This document shows, piece after piece, positions 29,301-42,500 of a DNA stretch of 64,000 nucleotides (the first letter of the stretch is position 1; every line of letters starts with the position of its first letter). The notes under the pieces are model-generated. The model saw nothing but the letters and a program-made list of their open reading frames with translations, searched no databases and had not been told where the DNA came from. Both the position numbers and the translations under genes were made by a program. The DNA is from Catajapyx aquilonaris. Its lineage: Eukaryota. The stretch is from contig KZ538243.1 of the NCBI GenBank assembly GCA_000934665.2, positions 1-64,000 of the forward strand, read 5' to 3'.

Positions 29301-32300
29301 ATTTCCTCCATTGCTGACTAGGATATTGGAACACCCTGTACGACCCAACACGCACTTGTGGGAGCGAGAGAAAAAAATTTAATTGGAAAAATCCTGGCTG
29401 GCATTGGCCGTGTCCGCACATTGCCGCTCCAGTGGCCACCATTTTTCTGACACATACCGGGACAGCACCATAAGCTTCCCGTAAGGCTCCGGATGCCATT
29501 TTTAATGTCTGCCATTGTTCTTTGTGGCCGACTCAGACCTAGAAAAAAAATATTGGCCCGCGGCTAAGTATCACCGGCAATTTAACACCTCTAGGGACAG
29601 AAAGGGGGGTAACCCATATTTAGGATTAATGGTGCATAATCACTTTCACCACATCGGTTTATGACCTGAAATCAAAGTGATTGCACAATTATTACACTGT
29701 TGCAAGTTGAGTCCCATTTCTGCAAATATTTTTGCCACACATGTCAATTTGGCGAAACGCTTACAAATCAGCAGGTGTTAGTGATCAGTGACTTATGCAA
29801 CATGTATTGCTGCCAGTATATGTTTCTCTTGCTCTATTTTGAACAAAAATTGACATTTTCCAGCTAATTTTTGCATATCTCGTGGCCTTAGTTGCATATC
29901 CGTCCAATCTAAACCTGTTCTTCGTTGCAGGACCGGTAGTACCAACTGCGTCAGATGCTTCCAGCTGCAACTACTCTCCAGGAATGTCCTGCAGGTGCAC
30001 ACCGAAGGATTAGACAAGTGCTACACTAAAGAAGAAGCTGCTCTTGCCACCTGTCCTACTGAGGAAAGCATAGCCGTTGGCCGATTCCAGCAAATCCTAT
30101 TATTCAGTACGTTTTCTGCAAAAAAATATATTTTGATCCAAAAATTTCCGCACGCAGGACTTGAGTAGCCTTGACTTGGGTGTACTTTTTGGGAGGGGTC
30201 ATCCCCAGCTTTTCGGTTCTACCCTTCATGCATTTTCCGGCGGAAGTGTCCCCGCCCTCGTCACACATCCCCACCCCTCAGGGTTTTATTTTTATATATA
30301 TATATTTTAAAACCAAAGATGCACGAATGGTCATTTTTTCGGTCAATCCGCATGTTAAATAATTACACATACGCACTTCCGCCCTAAGAGAGAGGTAGGT
30401 GTCCTTGGTTGGGTCAAAGGTGGGCATCTCTCCAACATCTTATTAACAGGTTTTAAGAAAAGTGCAGGTGAAAAACAGGAAATTTTCTTGGACCGGATGC
30501 ATTTTTTGAAGAGCTTACCTGTAAAACCATGTTTTTTTATCAGTTGCTCGTGTTTGATTACCGGGGCTCAAACGACTGGATTAAACGTGTAATAATCAGT
30601 GTGTGATATCTGACGGGAAATTATACGAATATAGAAGCTGTGTTATCAGCAAGGTTGGGTCTTTCAGGGAAATAATCGGTTCCGATGACCTTGTTTGGAG
30701 GTTGATAATATAAAAAATAGGGTTGATTATGATCGGGAGCGTAGGCGGTTTTTGTGATCTATACTGTGTTGATGTACAGGGTGATGCATTATACAAATTT
30801 CCGGTTCAACAGGCGGGGTGTTTACTCCAGAAACCTGTTTTAAAAGCGAAACAACACATCACGTGCAATGTGCAAAATATTTGGATGAGTCGATTTAACT
30901 GCAATAAAAAAGGTGTTTGAATATTATCTGATAAGGAAGAGATCGATTGTCGTAGATGACGGCCGATTGTTGCTCAATATCAGCTCAAAAAAATTAATAT
31001 AGATATATCAATAACCGATATTCGACTCCACAAAGAATATTGTCGATTTTCAGTGTTTATATCAATTTTTAATTTTTAACGTACGGGCCATGACATTTAA
31101 TTTGTAATAAAATTTAAAATCTGTTTATACGTAAGTATAAGAAAAGGAAATGTTTGTTCATTTTTCGATTGTCCAGGATGGGTTTAGAATTATGTATTAA
31201 TTCTCATTTACTTAATGACTAGAAGCATAACCAATCATGGACAAACCAACAAACTTTTCATTTTCTATGTAGAGATTTTAAATTTTCTTACAAATTAAAT
31301 ATTAAGGCCGCCAGGTTAAAAATTAAAAACTGCATTGCAAATTGACAATATTTATTTGTAAAGTCTATTAAATGCATTAATAATTTTGAAGCTACAATAT
31401 TTCAGATTCAGATATTGAAACCGATATTTTATATTTATAAATTGCCGATATTTTTTACGCACCTAAAGCAATAATGGTCTTTTCAAGTGGTAAACAGTCC
31501 CAAACTTTTTCACCCCAGTTGAACCCGTGATTGGGGCAGTGCACCATCCTGTATACGAACAAAAGAATTTTTCCCATCTGTGGGAAAAAAAAGCCAACTT
31601 CACCTGTCGAATATTAATTTGGCAACCTAGAAATCGCTGCTCGGGTTATAATTGGACAAGCCTGCTGGCTTAATGCAAACGATGTTTTCGCCGCCAGTAA
31701 TGATCATAATTTTCTGTGGGAAGAACTACGTCGATTCTTGGTCCGTTTCAAAACGGGCGTGTTTATTTCCCACCGAAAAAACATATTTTTTATATTTGTA
31801 AATTTTTTTATATGTGTAAAATCCCACCCTCATATTTTATAACGAAGGCGTCGATACCATCACAGCGTGGGTTTTTGGTTTTGTGTTTCTTTATATTCGG
31901 ATTCGTTCCAGCCCGCACCGGTTTCGCTTCGTACACCTCTGAATGTCATGGTCGTGGTCCTGTGGTTTTTCGACTGTAGACTCCCCCACACAAAATCTTT
32001 TTTTTTGTCAATGGCCTCAGTTTGGTGCATGTGACAATTAGGCCGCCCATTCAACCAGACACATTCCAGTTGTTTTACGCCTATTTTTTTTCCACCTTAC
32101 AGAGACAAAAGGGTTCAGCGAGGAGGAGACAATCACGCAGGAGTACTGTCCACTCAATGGTCGGTTCAGGTTCACCTACAATGTTAACGATGGAACCGAG
32201 AGCAGCACAGAGTGTCCTCAACCTGTATCCGAAATCAGCAACTGTCCATATGGGTTCGGACTGTCCGTCCGATTTCGTGGATGCACTTTTCATGACCATG

Positions 32301-35300
32301 GTACGTCTTTACTATACTGTAGTAGTGAACCAGTTGACAAAATTTGGCAACACTGCCCAGCCTGCCCCCCCACTTTGTCGTAGTGTGATATGCCACAACC
32401 AGATGGCGCGCACACTACTCCCACGCCAAGTGGTAACAATGGTAACTACATGCACTTAGGTGATGAGTCAACGCATGTTACCCCAAGCCAATTTTTATAT
32501 TTCATAATATTTAATTTCATCATAAATTGTTATATTTTCAGATTTGAGCTTCCAGTGCTTAGGCGACTGGCCAGGACCAAACAACCAGCGATACCTGGCC
32601 TTACTGGACACCCAAGCAGGATCTGAATCTGAACAAAGGCCTCGGTACCGATGCGCGGTGAGTATTCCCAAGACCCTTTTTACTTGCAAACAAAGTGTCC
32701 AAAAATTCTGGTCTGGTTTTTGGAATGAAAAGCGGTCTGGAAAGGCAACCGGCCGTAACAAGAACATCTCGAACTTGCCCAACTTCCGTGGAGGAACGAA
32801 GCAAGATTTCTCATTACGAGCAGAAAGTGGGGGAAAAAAGCACAAGATTGAAATCCCGGACATTCCTTTCGTGTTATGGCTTTATTGCGCTATTATTGTA
32901 CTCATCTTGCCATAGTGTGCGAAGTGGGATGTTGCGTTATAGTGTGCTAATTTCCACATTTTGGTTTTTTAAGCTGTACAGAGAAGAAGTGGGTACAGGA
33001 AGGATATACCTGGCCTTCTCCAGCGATTCGACTTGCCAGAATCAGCTACGTAGTGCCAATGATGGATATGAGATGCTTCAATTGATGGCTGTTGCTGCTC
33101 CTTCTTTACCAAGAGAGGTGCAGAGCAGCCCTTGCAGATTTCCAGAATGGGCGCAGGGTCACTGGGAACATTTGTATGTCGATGGATCCAATCTGGTGTA
33201 CAGGGACCTTCGAAATTTCAAGACCTACACAGGAAGATGTATTGGACCTAATCATGGAAGCAGCGAGCATTTTCCAGTGTACATGAGGACTCAATGGTGT
33301 GTGGCTAATGTATTTTATTATTATGCTTACGTTATACACATTACATTGAAACATACTGACACCGTCTGTTGTGTTGCAGTGGAGACGAGTTTTACAATTG
33401 CATCAGGATGAATGAAAGAGGCATCAATGTGCTGGAGTTTCAACTTGGTAAGATCTGTTCATTATTCTTTACATTGCAAAGTGTAACACTCTGTACTTCT
33501 CAGGTGTAATTCCAACAAACAACTACAATGAGAGTCTGTGCAGGGATCAACGACAGTTCATAAACAGGAATTGGATCACACAAGGGAGGAGAGACATCTT
33601 CCAAGAGTCTCCTTGTCCAATAGCAGGGGAATACACTGGAATCATTCCTGATGCTGATGGCCTGTGCGCCAAGTTGTCTTCGGATTGCAACAATCCTGAG
33701 ATCATGTTCTACTCCGTGTCCAACTGCTATGACCGCACCGAGGTTTATGAAGGTAAGGACAGGTCTTGCATGTCTGATGGATGTTGACTAATGTACATAA
33801 CAAGGGTGGGCATGCTCTGTAACATACCGTAACTTCTTGACGTTCTTGTACATTTTGTGTAGATGTCATTTCCGTAGTGGTTTTTGGGGTACGTTCTGTT
33901 AACTCTGTCTATAAAATTTCCAGGAAAGGTTCAGTACCCTCCTTCAGTCCCTACCCTTCCTCCGGCTGGATACTTTCGACAGCCTCGAAGACGAATACGA
34001 AGAAACCCGTCTTCCACTATAGCTCCAAAAATAGTTGTCGAAAAAAACGAGCCCACCATGTACGATCCATTTGTATACAACGGATACAGAGCAGGATCTC
34101 GTTCACTTCCGAGCCCCGTTTCCACACCATCAACCTCAACCACCACAACCACAGAATCCACCACAGAAACCAGAGATCCCATCATGGAAAGCGAATCCTC
34201 TCAGATCCACCAAAACACCTCTGTTCAAACCAACACTTCAGAACCAGTTTCATACGATCCTTACGATTTTAACGGATACCCATCCAGAGGCTACTACCCT
34301 CCACACCAACGTTGGACCTCTTCGTACGACACCCGGTACTCGTACCCAGACTACGAATACAGACCCCCAGCTCCTATGTACGACTCCTCTTCTGACTCTC
34401 CTGTACCTTCGACTCCTTACCCACGTCTAGATCCCAGAACAGATCGGATTAGACCTTACGAAGCAGGATTTGTACCTTCTAGTCCTTCTTCTGTTATGCC
34501 CACCCATTTTCAAAGAACTACGACGTACAGACTATCTTCAACTTCTCCTCTTCACTCCTCTTTGCCACCATTGGACCAACCTCCTGCTTCTCCACCTCGA
34601 CAACCCTCTTCTTTCTTCAGAGTCCGTCAACCTTCTCTGCCTCAACCTACCACACTTCCTCCACGTCGACAGTCTTTTCGAAAACCAGACACGACCACCA
34701 CACCTCCTCCAACACCTCCATTGTTGTACCCAAAGTTTTCTCATCAACGTGCGCCTCATCCGGATGAAGAAAATCGGCTGGATGATAGTGAGTGGTAGAC
34801 GGATTGTTAAAGGTTGTGGGTTTGTGTGGGGAAGATTGTTCTGTTGCTTGTTGGGTACTTGGCTCACACTCTTTGGTGGTGGTTCTTCCTGTCTTTGGGT
34901 GTCAATGCTAACTACTGACTCTATGCGTTATTCAGAAGACACGATGCAAATTTCGAAGGCATATTTGCACCTTTTGCATCCCCACATTGCAGCAAGCTTT
35001 TCACCAACACCAGCTTGACTTCAACGCAACCTGGCATCAAATTATCAGATAATCCTCCTAAGGGTCCAGAAAAGTCTCCCCTAAAAATTAGTGACCTCCC
35101 AAATAGAAGAATGGTTGAGAAAGGAGACGAAGGTCGCCTCTCCCACCCACACTCTTGAAAGTTAAAAAAAAAGAAGGAATGAAGACATTTCCTTGGCCTC
35201 TGGGAGGTCCGTACTGGCCGACAGAGAGATAATTTCCTCCGCCCCGTTCAGATGTCTCAGACTGGTGACAGTGACAAACAGAGCCGGTTCTCGCCTCTGG

Positions 35301-37062
35301 GGCTCACTTTTCAAATTTAGAACCTTTCAAAAAACTGTAGGATGCTGTTTCATCAGCCGGCGTCCTTTTTACACCATCAGTCCGATGCGAATAGTGTTCC
35401 CAAATTGTAAATATAGACAAGTCCGTGACGTTGAAAACACTCAAAATCCTTCTCCAGAAGTTGCAAGTCAGACCCTCTCCTTCTAACAAACCGGACAGGA
35501 CAAAAGGAGAAGGTTGAGATTAAACGCGGGACATCCCAGCCATGTTTCTAAGGTGACAAATGGGGCAGGGCAGACTTTTCTTTTCACACACACACACACA
35601 AAAAAGAAAAAGGTAGGGGGTGGTGGACGAACCAAATTCCTTCGTCGGGGTGGCACCCACAGAGGCGCGAGGAGCTCCCAGGAATGTCAGGAAGAAGCTC
35701 CTGTTGCCTCCTGTAATTTATCACGTTTTTCTTCAGAGATAAGCCGCACGGGCGATGGTGGGACAGGGGTCTTGATCGGGACGAATTCCTTTCGGATGAT
35801 GGAGATTAAGAAGGATAGAAAAAAATATATTGGTGTCAGACGCCAACTTGTCCAATGGAATTTTCGCACAATAATTTTGGCAGAAGATATGTCCAAATAA
35901 AATAACATTGGCCAAGGGCTAATTGACGGACGAAAATTTATTTAGAGGAAACCGTTTTTGGCACTGATTGCACTCACCTAGAATCATATTGACACCGATG
36001 TTACCAGTCGCCAACAAAAGCCTTTGTCTTCACCATTCAATGTGACACGTTCACTGCACAGTTGCTATCCAGTACAGTGTGTGACATATATTTTGACACA
36101 ATTTTTCCTCCACAGAGCGAGAGTATCGTTGCCTCGGACAATGGGAAGAGAACGGAGTCACCTACACGTACACTCAGCGTCGTGATGTCTTTGGCTACGA
36201 GTGTTTCGTCGGATCAGTTGTCAACGACGGTGAGATTTACATCAAGGAAGCTGGAACCAACTGCCAGAGAGGAATCGAGCCTCTCAAGTTTGGGATGAAG
36301 CTGACCAGGCAGGGAACCGCGGGGTCATGCTTCGTGCCCAGACCCACAGGTCCTGCTCGAGATGGGAGTGACCCTCGACCCAATGTGGCACCGACGCAAT
36401 GGCCTCCAAGGGGAAGGTTGCCTGACAGGACGACCAAACCGTGGCAGCCTATCAGAGGTTCGTAATATACTCATAGGGGGTCATGGAAACCAAACCTGGA
36501 CAACCAAACAAGCAACCATTGCCTATATTTATAAATGGGTATGAAATGTGTGTAAAATTAGTACGAAATGGGCACGAAATGGGCATAAAGTGGACAAACA
36601 AACAAACTTTGCCTCATAAATAAAGAGAGGAGCAGAGGCAGCCACTCCATCTATTGCATGTGGCAGGAGGCTTCTTTTATCCGAACTGGCAGCCGGCGCC
36701 ATCCGGTCTCATATGCCGTAACTCCAAACTTTTGAAAAACTCAAATTTTGGGGGTTTATGCCCAAAAAAGTGTGGCTTTCAGACAATTTTCTCAATCACT
36801 GTCTGGCTTACTATCAGTGTGCCAAGTGTCAGGTCTCTCTGTAGTCTGGTAGTGGGTTAGGATGACCGGACAAACATGCAAACTTTATCCTTTATATAAA
36901 TAGAGATGTAATATAATTATTTGTTCAATGAATAACTTTATTGCCCTTATGCTTTCAGGCCAAACTCAGGGACATGAAGCCAAGCCTTCATCGGCGTGCA
37001 AGCCGGTGGGCCTGGGCTTAGTCATCGCCATTGCCGTTGTATCGACATCTCTGTGGTGGTAA
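14314..37062 (+). CDS. 11-exon gene for a secreted, probably GPI-anchored Cys-rich repeat protein (arthropod DUF7044/DUF7042/DUF7043-like family); 607 aa without and 895 aa with exon 9
   Basis: Exons with GT-AG ends and matching phases: 14314-14374 (signal peptide MVYRCWFSAVVLVILASVPS), 27843-28029 (CYFPAEYQGEF), 29931-30106 (CVRCFQLQLLSRNVLQV), 32103-32300 (YCPLNGRFRFTY), 32542-32657 (FQCLGDW..RYRCA), 32974-33296 (CRFPEWAQGHW), 33380-33447, 33504-33752 (CPIAGEYTG), 33924-34787 (P/S/T-rich), 36116-36457 (REYRCLGQWEE), 36959-37062 (SSA..GLGLVIAIAVVSTSLWW*). The sum without exon 9 is 1824 nt with no stop. The family name comes from motif recognition, not a search. Confidence 0.85.
16500..16603 (-). 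repeat. dispersed repeat copy 2, inverted relative to 11531-11635
   Basis: CCCACTGGAGGCGCTGCC...GAACGGGAGCCAATCAGAAGC...AGCCAATCAGAATCCTCGGTCAT is a reverse-complement match to copy 1. Confidence 0.7.
19036..19139. repeat. minisatellite, about 5 copies of a ~22-bp unit (TTGCTCAGAACAAGCCAAAGAA-like)
   Basis: CAGAACA recurs every 22-24 bp. Confidence 0.8.
20239..20472. mobile_element. MITE (CAG...CTG termini, hAT-like) spanning an assembly gap
   Basis: The TIRs are CAGTGACGTAGCCAGG and CCTGGCAACGTCACTG (1 mismatch). The direct repeat TTATAGT lies at 20232-20238 and 20473-20479. Internal poly-G and poly-C flank the N run at 20282-20447. Confidence 0.7.
20282..20447. other. assembly gap (166 N)
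   Basis: Run of N. Confidence 0.99.
20538..20593. repeat. perfect 18-bp inverted repeat with a 20-nt loop
   Basis: ACCGATCTGATTGGTGGA (20538-20555) pairs with TCCACCAATCAGATCGGT (20576-20593). Confidence 0.85.
23786..23980. repeat. AT-rich minisatellite (~35-bp unit TTATAGTAAAATAATGAAATAATGAAATAAAATAA)
   Basis: Direct tandem repetition is visible. Confidence 0.85.
25060..25127. repeat. (GAA)n microsatellite, about 22 units
   Basis: Seen directly; it produces spurious poly-E/K/F/S ORFs. Confidence 0.95.
26803..26888 (+). repeat. dispersed repeat copy 3 (more diverged)
   Basis: CTTCCAATTGGCTCCCATTCTGCGCCTGCGCAATAGGAAGAGAGAGCGCCTCTGGTGGG matches the 3' half of copy 1. Confidence 0.6.
30777..31551. 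mobile_element. degenerate Tc1/mariner-type MITE in intron 3; related solo TIR at 29057
   Basis: The left end is TA|CAGGGTGATGCATT...GGTTCAACAGG. The right end, reverse-complemented, is TA|CAGGATGGTGCACTGCCCCAATCACGGGTTCAACTGG. Position 29057 reads CAGGGTGATGCATTGCCCAAGTCACCTGTTCAA. Confidence 0.55.
33924..34787 (+). CDS. 864-nt Pro/Ser/Thr-rich (mucin-like) candidate cassette exon of the 14314-37062 gene
   Basis: It has a ttccag| acceptor and an |gtgagt donor, phase 1 at both ends, and 288 codons open in frame (ORF 33884-34798). Confidence 0.7.
36490..36907. mobile_element. possible Helentron/DINE-like non-autonomous remnants in intron 10
   Basis: There are repeated GGACAA(A/C)CAAACA tracts. 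One is followed by AACTTTATCCTTTATATAAATAGAGAT, which resembles HINE/DINE-type ends. Confidence 0.35.
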
Positions 37063-37660
37063 CCGAGAAGAAGACAGTGACTCGAGGCCAAAGATAAGAT
37101 TGAGGAAGTTACCAGTTCACTCAAGACTGTTACCAGTTTTAAAGTTGTGCTTGACAGTGTTCCAATAATACTGAGCTGCTCAACCCAACAAACTCGAAGA
37201 CTTCGAGTCTGAACTCCTGCCGCGGAGGTGAACATGGCTTCCCACTCAAGACAAGAACAAAGAACGTGTATGAAGTGTAGTATGTGTGTAATTTTTAGTT
37301 ATCTGTGATCATTGTCCTGAATGCAAGTCCAGTGTATTTTTTGTTTTCTGCAAATATTTTTTTTTTCACTTGTAGGTGGGGTCCGGTTGAACACATCGCG
37401 CTGTATTCTTGTCCGCATTGTTTTATTGTCAGTGAGGGAAAATTACTAGTCTTTGTCCGAACATGTGTCACCGGCTCAGTCTCACAGCTTAATCAAAGAT
37501 GCTGGTTATTATTATTATTTAAAAAAGGAGAGGGGAAGGGTGAAAAAGTTACAGCACGACTGAAACATGTGGCATTCTTTGATGCTTAAAACTATTTGAT
37601 GTGAGTGTGTGGAATCTGTGTGTAATTTATAACTTTTCCTAACGGTCACTTGTAAATAGC

Positions 37661-37666
37661 AATAAA
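37661..37666 (+). terminator. candidate polyadenylation signal AATAAA of the 14314-37062 gene
   Basis: AATAAA lies about 600 nt after the stop, followed by GT-rich sequence. Confidence 0.5.
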
Positions 37667-39502
37667 CAAAACATCTTGTCAGTTACAACATTGTCTTACT
37701 TGCATGTAAGTGTTTATGCAGATGGAATCAGCGTATATGATATGAGATATAATGATATACCTGATGACAGTGATGAGATATATGATACAATATATGATAT
37801 AATTATGATATGAGAATGTATCTCTTTCAATCAGCTTTCAATCCACGACGACTAAGAATAGCCTATCAAAATCATCAAGCAACTAAGAGAAACAAATCAC
37901 ATATCAACCAATAGTAATTTTCTTCACGATTCAACAGTTGAAACCCTAGGATTCAAACCCAGAACATTCTGAGAGACTTGCACGCTAAACCACAGACAAC
38001 ATGTGGCAACGAGAGTCCCTTTGTTCAGTAAGTCTAGCCTATACTTACATGGTATTGTCCTTGGCAATTTAAATAAATGAAAAGGCTTTATGCCATTTGG
38101 TTCTGGCTCACCCTGCACATAATTAACATGAATTCAGATCATGATGACCAACCGCAACTTCCGTAGGTCCTAAAGCGATCAACGGTTTTCAACGGATCTA
38201 ACTGCAGCGTATCATTAAATTTTAACAGATAACCATGATTGCTCGGAGCAACACCTGCTACAGAATACAGTACGGTAAATAAAGGTTTGCAATTTGTAAA
38301 TCCGGCATATCGGTAAGGCACAGTTTCACATCGAATCATGTTCAGACGCAATTTGAGACCATCCCGCTATCACTGTATACTAGTACCGAACACCCCCAAG
38401 GCAATTGCACCGCTTCTTTTTTTTCTGTCTTCCGTTCTGATGATTGTTATCAAAGATGTGTTTCCTTTGGCAGTTTGGCTGCACGCGTTTCCCTTATAGT
38501 GACGCCTCCTCAGGTTCTCTTTTTAGTTAGACATATGGGAAGCAACTAACACTCAAGGCGTTGTTTACATGCCTTCATTTTACCCCAACTGTTCATCGCC
38601 CTCTGCAGACCTGGTTTAAGACCCGTAATTACACCCAGATTACACCTTGGACCTTGCCAGATGATGAGGGAAAGTTGATCAAACGATCACTGGTGGCAGC
38701 ACTCATGGTTAGCAGGTGGCGTTCCTGGTATGAAACTACCCAACTATTTCTGGGCCAAAGTAAAGTACCGTAACTGGATTAGGCGACCACAATCTTCTAC
38801 ATACAGTACCGTTACAGACCACTAACGTCCATAATAGAGCACAGTGTTGGGTAGTAATTGCGTAGAAGTAACTGGCTTTTTGAGAACGTTTTTAGTAATT
38901 TTGTTGCTTTCATGTCTAAGTTCCGTACCTATGACTCTTTGATTTGTTAAAAATCCCCATTACTGTATTATAAAGCACAAAGTTTTGTCACCATGTAATG
39001 ACTATAATTCTTGAAATTCGTTTCACAATTTTACTGAATCTGAACCCTTTGAAGCTTGAATATAACTGCTCACTCGGCTCATTGGTAATTACAGCCTTAC
39101 AAATGTTTTTTTTTTTTTTGGTCTGGATCTCACCCGATTCCAAAGCCAAAATTCCCAGCTCATTGAAATGTGAAGCGATCATTTCCTTGGATGGTAGGCA
39201 GGGGGGAAAGAGGGGGCGTCACGAAAAGTTCCGCTACGTTGGATCACGGTTTTACCTTGATGAGTCCCCGAGTCAAGTGGCGGCATCTGGCTATCCAGGT
39301 AGACCTTAAAGAAGAGGTGGCCAGGTGGGCAGCATTCAAGTAACGCGAGCTGAGGAAGTCGCTTGGCTCTTTTGCGACAATGGAACTCAGCCATGGTGGG
39401 TCACTTACTTAGGACATGCCAACAGTGACCAAAAATTCTTTGTTGGTTTCTTCCTCAGTGGTCTTCCAAGATGTGAGAGTGCTTAGAGATTCCTGGTGAT
39501 TT

Positions 39503-42500
39503 ATGGCTTCAAACATGCGCTTTGGTGTGGTATTGTTGGCGGTTGTGTTGGCGGCTTTGGCGGGTAAGTTGATCCTATTTGGTAAAACTGCGTATTGTTT
39601 ATCTACAAATCTTATACGTCTGTCAAGGTCTCTGTATTTTTTTTGTTGCACTGACGCCAGAGCGTGTTTTTCCGGTAAAGACAGGAAAGCGAAAGTGTAG
39701 CCGGGAGGAAACATGTTGACTTAACGCCTAGTCGCTCAAACGTAACTGTATGATGACATGGATGGGTATTCGATTTTTATGGGCTTTTTTGTGTGGCACT
39801 GAAGGGGCTAGGCTTGATGGATAGGTGGAAAATAATACCGGTAGGCATGGGAATAGCGGAAATACGAGCGAAAAATTATTTATGCAAATAGATCTAAGGT
39901 GAGCAGATTTTGGTGCTATTTTTAAAACTTTCTCAGGGGAATTTACTAATCCCACACATAATTTTAGAATTCCGAAAAGTTGACCATAACAATTACTATT
40001 GCAACATTATTTTATTGTATAGAATGTAGTATTTCATCATTGATGAAATAATTATTTGCTGTAGACATCTGAAGATATCATTAATCAAATTTTAACATTT
40101 CATCTAATAGTAGTACAGTGTATAAAATTAACACAAATGCATAGGAAAATTAATGTAATGCCAAACCACAAAATATTTGTTACAATTTTTCAACGTTTTT
40201 CAAAATATTGATATATATTTATGTTCACGATTAATTTATTTGATTCATTCCATTGCATCATTGGTATTTATTGTTTATTCATACAATGTTACAAATGGTG
40301 TAAGAGAGCATGACATTATCTGACAAAGCAGCTACTTATACCATCTTCTACATCAGTATGCAACGAAATTATTTATAATAAAAATGTCTTTTACAAGCTG
40401 AGATATAAAATGAGGGTCTAATTCAAACCAGCTCACAATAGCCCTTACTTTTTGCCAATGTGAAAACTGCAGTTTTTCTGTAAATTCTGGCTCATTGTAT
40501 TGCTCATGTTTTGCTCCAATCTCCATGGGAAACAAATCCGTGTCATATCAACAAGTCCGAACACAATACCTGGGAGAGTGTTGTAAATGAAAAAAAAAAA
40601 ATCATCTGCAGATCTCCCCTAGAAAAAAAAAATCTTCAGGAAATAGAGCAACTTACTTTCCAAGGGCTGTTTGTGGAACTGCCAGCTCGCAGGTAATTGC
40701 TGGTACACGCTTCCTAGAACACAATTAACCTACTTGCAAGGGGGGGCTTTAAGCAATAAACATCGCGAATAATCGCAGTGGGTGTTCCTTTTTTGGGAAG
40801 AATTTTTTCGACTCGAAAATTACCTCCATCCTTTTTTAAAATAAAAAGAAACTCGAGCCCTCCCATGGCGCCAAAAAGACACGCAAAAAATGGCAATCTT
40901 CCTCGCCAAATTTGACTGCCCATCCCCATGAGAAGATACTCTTTTTTTTCTTTTAAAACATATATTTTTTGTGGCTTGAGAAGTACTGGGTACAGGCGCG
41001 AAAAATAATTAGAGATATGTCCCGAGAGGCGTCGCTTCCGTTCCGGATTCCCATCATCTTGGCAAAACAGCCCAGGGTTGCTAACCTTTAATAGCAGGGT
41101 TTAAGAGTATGTCATTGGCATCAGATTCGGTATAGTCCGGAAAATTACACGGTGCATAGGTCATCACCCCTTTTTATGCCAAGGAGAGGTCATGATACCA
41201 GGCCCATAATTGGCATTATTGGCATATTATTCCTGATAGTTAATTTTTTTTTGGCCAAACTATTGGTAGGGTCACAAAGGGCAATCAACTCGATTACATT
41301 TTCTCACCGTTCCAACAGAAGGAAACGGACTTCATTTTTTGGGCACTAAGAATTTGGCGAGGCATTTGGATAAGGAAGGGACTCGTCTTTACGACATATT
41401 GTGTAAGGTTGTGGTTCTCACCGTATGTACAGCGTGTTGCATAATAATACCACAAAACGATGCCATTTGTCCCTAAGTATGATTCAATGTTATTTGATAA
41501 TATTTATAACGGAACACCCTGTAGAATACATGACCTAGCCTACGCACACAATGCTGGGATACAAACCCCAGGAGGTACAAAAAGAGAAGGGAAAGAGAGT
41601 TTTCCTTGAAGAGAACATGTTGGAGACGCCTACATGCACACACATATGTACACTGTACGCCTCCAATCATATTACATGTGGGTCAGTGGTATGCGTTTTT
41701 TTTGAGCAGCGCTGGTCAGTGGGAATACACTTCCAGCTTTCATTTCAAGGCGTATCCACGACCTATGACTCGTCCCTGTTTCGTATACGGATTTCACCTT
41801 GTTTCGACACGAGTATGATTATCCTTGGTAGTAAATTCAATAAAAAGTTTTTTTTGGTGGAGAGCAAACATTATAGGCACGCCTTCAAATTGCTCGTGGC
41901 ATGCGGTTCACCTGAAGAAGGTTCAAGGTGAGTGTGACAATAGGGAGGGAAGAGATGGGTGGTCTCCTTCCGGATTTAACACTATTCGTTCGTATATTAT
42001 TGTAGGCAATAAAATGCGGAAAATTGAGCATTTTGGTAAAAATTTGCACTCTGACATTTAATGGGTATGACAGAACGAAGGGTTGATTTAAAGCACAAAT
42101 GTAATGGATAACTGTACTGCAACATATTGCATAATTAAATAAAAATAAATTAATTACAATACATATATAATAAATTACCGTACGCAATAAAATAATATGT
42201 ATATAATGAACATATTAAATAATATTTCTATTATATATTTTAAAAAGTTCATTTTGTCCAGATTTTGTCCGCAAGTTGACCGCCAATAAAATAACAGGCA
42301 CGTGTAAAGTCTCATAAGCCGCGTGCCAAAATTGTAAAGGGTTAACAGTGGGTGAGCACCCAAGTATTGTTCCCCATTGTTGGAGACGAGTCCGTGCGGC
42401 GGAGAATATAGTGGAAGGTGTAATCCCAGAACGTGTATGACTCACAAAGAATGCAGGTTTGACAGGTTTGCGGTGAAAAGAGGCGGGGGCGGAAGAAGAA

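Noticed and set aside
34936..35160. Extra exon after the mucin-like exon (ttcag acceptor at 34935)
   Set aside because: In the required phase it reaches TGA at 35016-35018 and no convincing donor was found. It could only be an alternative terminal exon, which is unsupported.
39503..39517. Identical MASNM starts in the Ser/Thr-rich gene and K2
   Set aside because: The codons differ (ATGGCTTCAAACATG vs ATGGCGTCCAACATG) and there is no further similarity; treated as coincidence.
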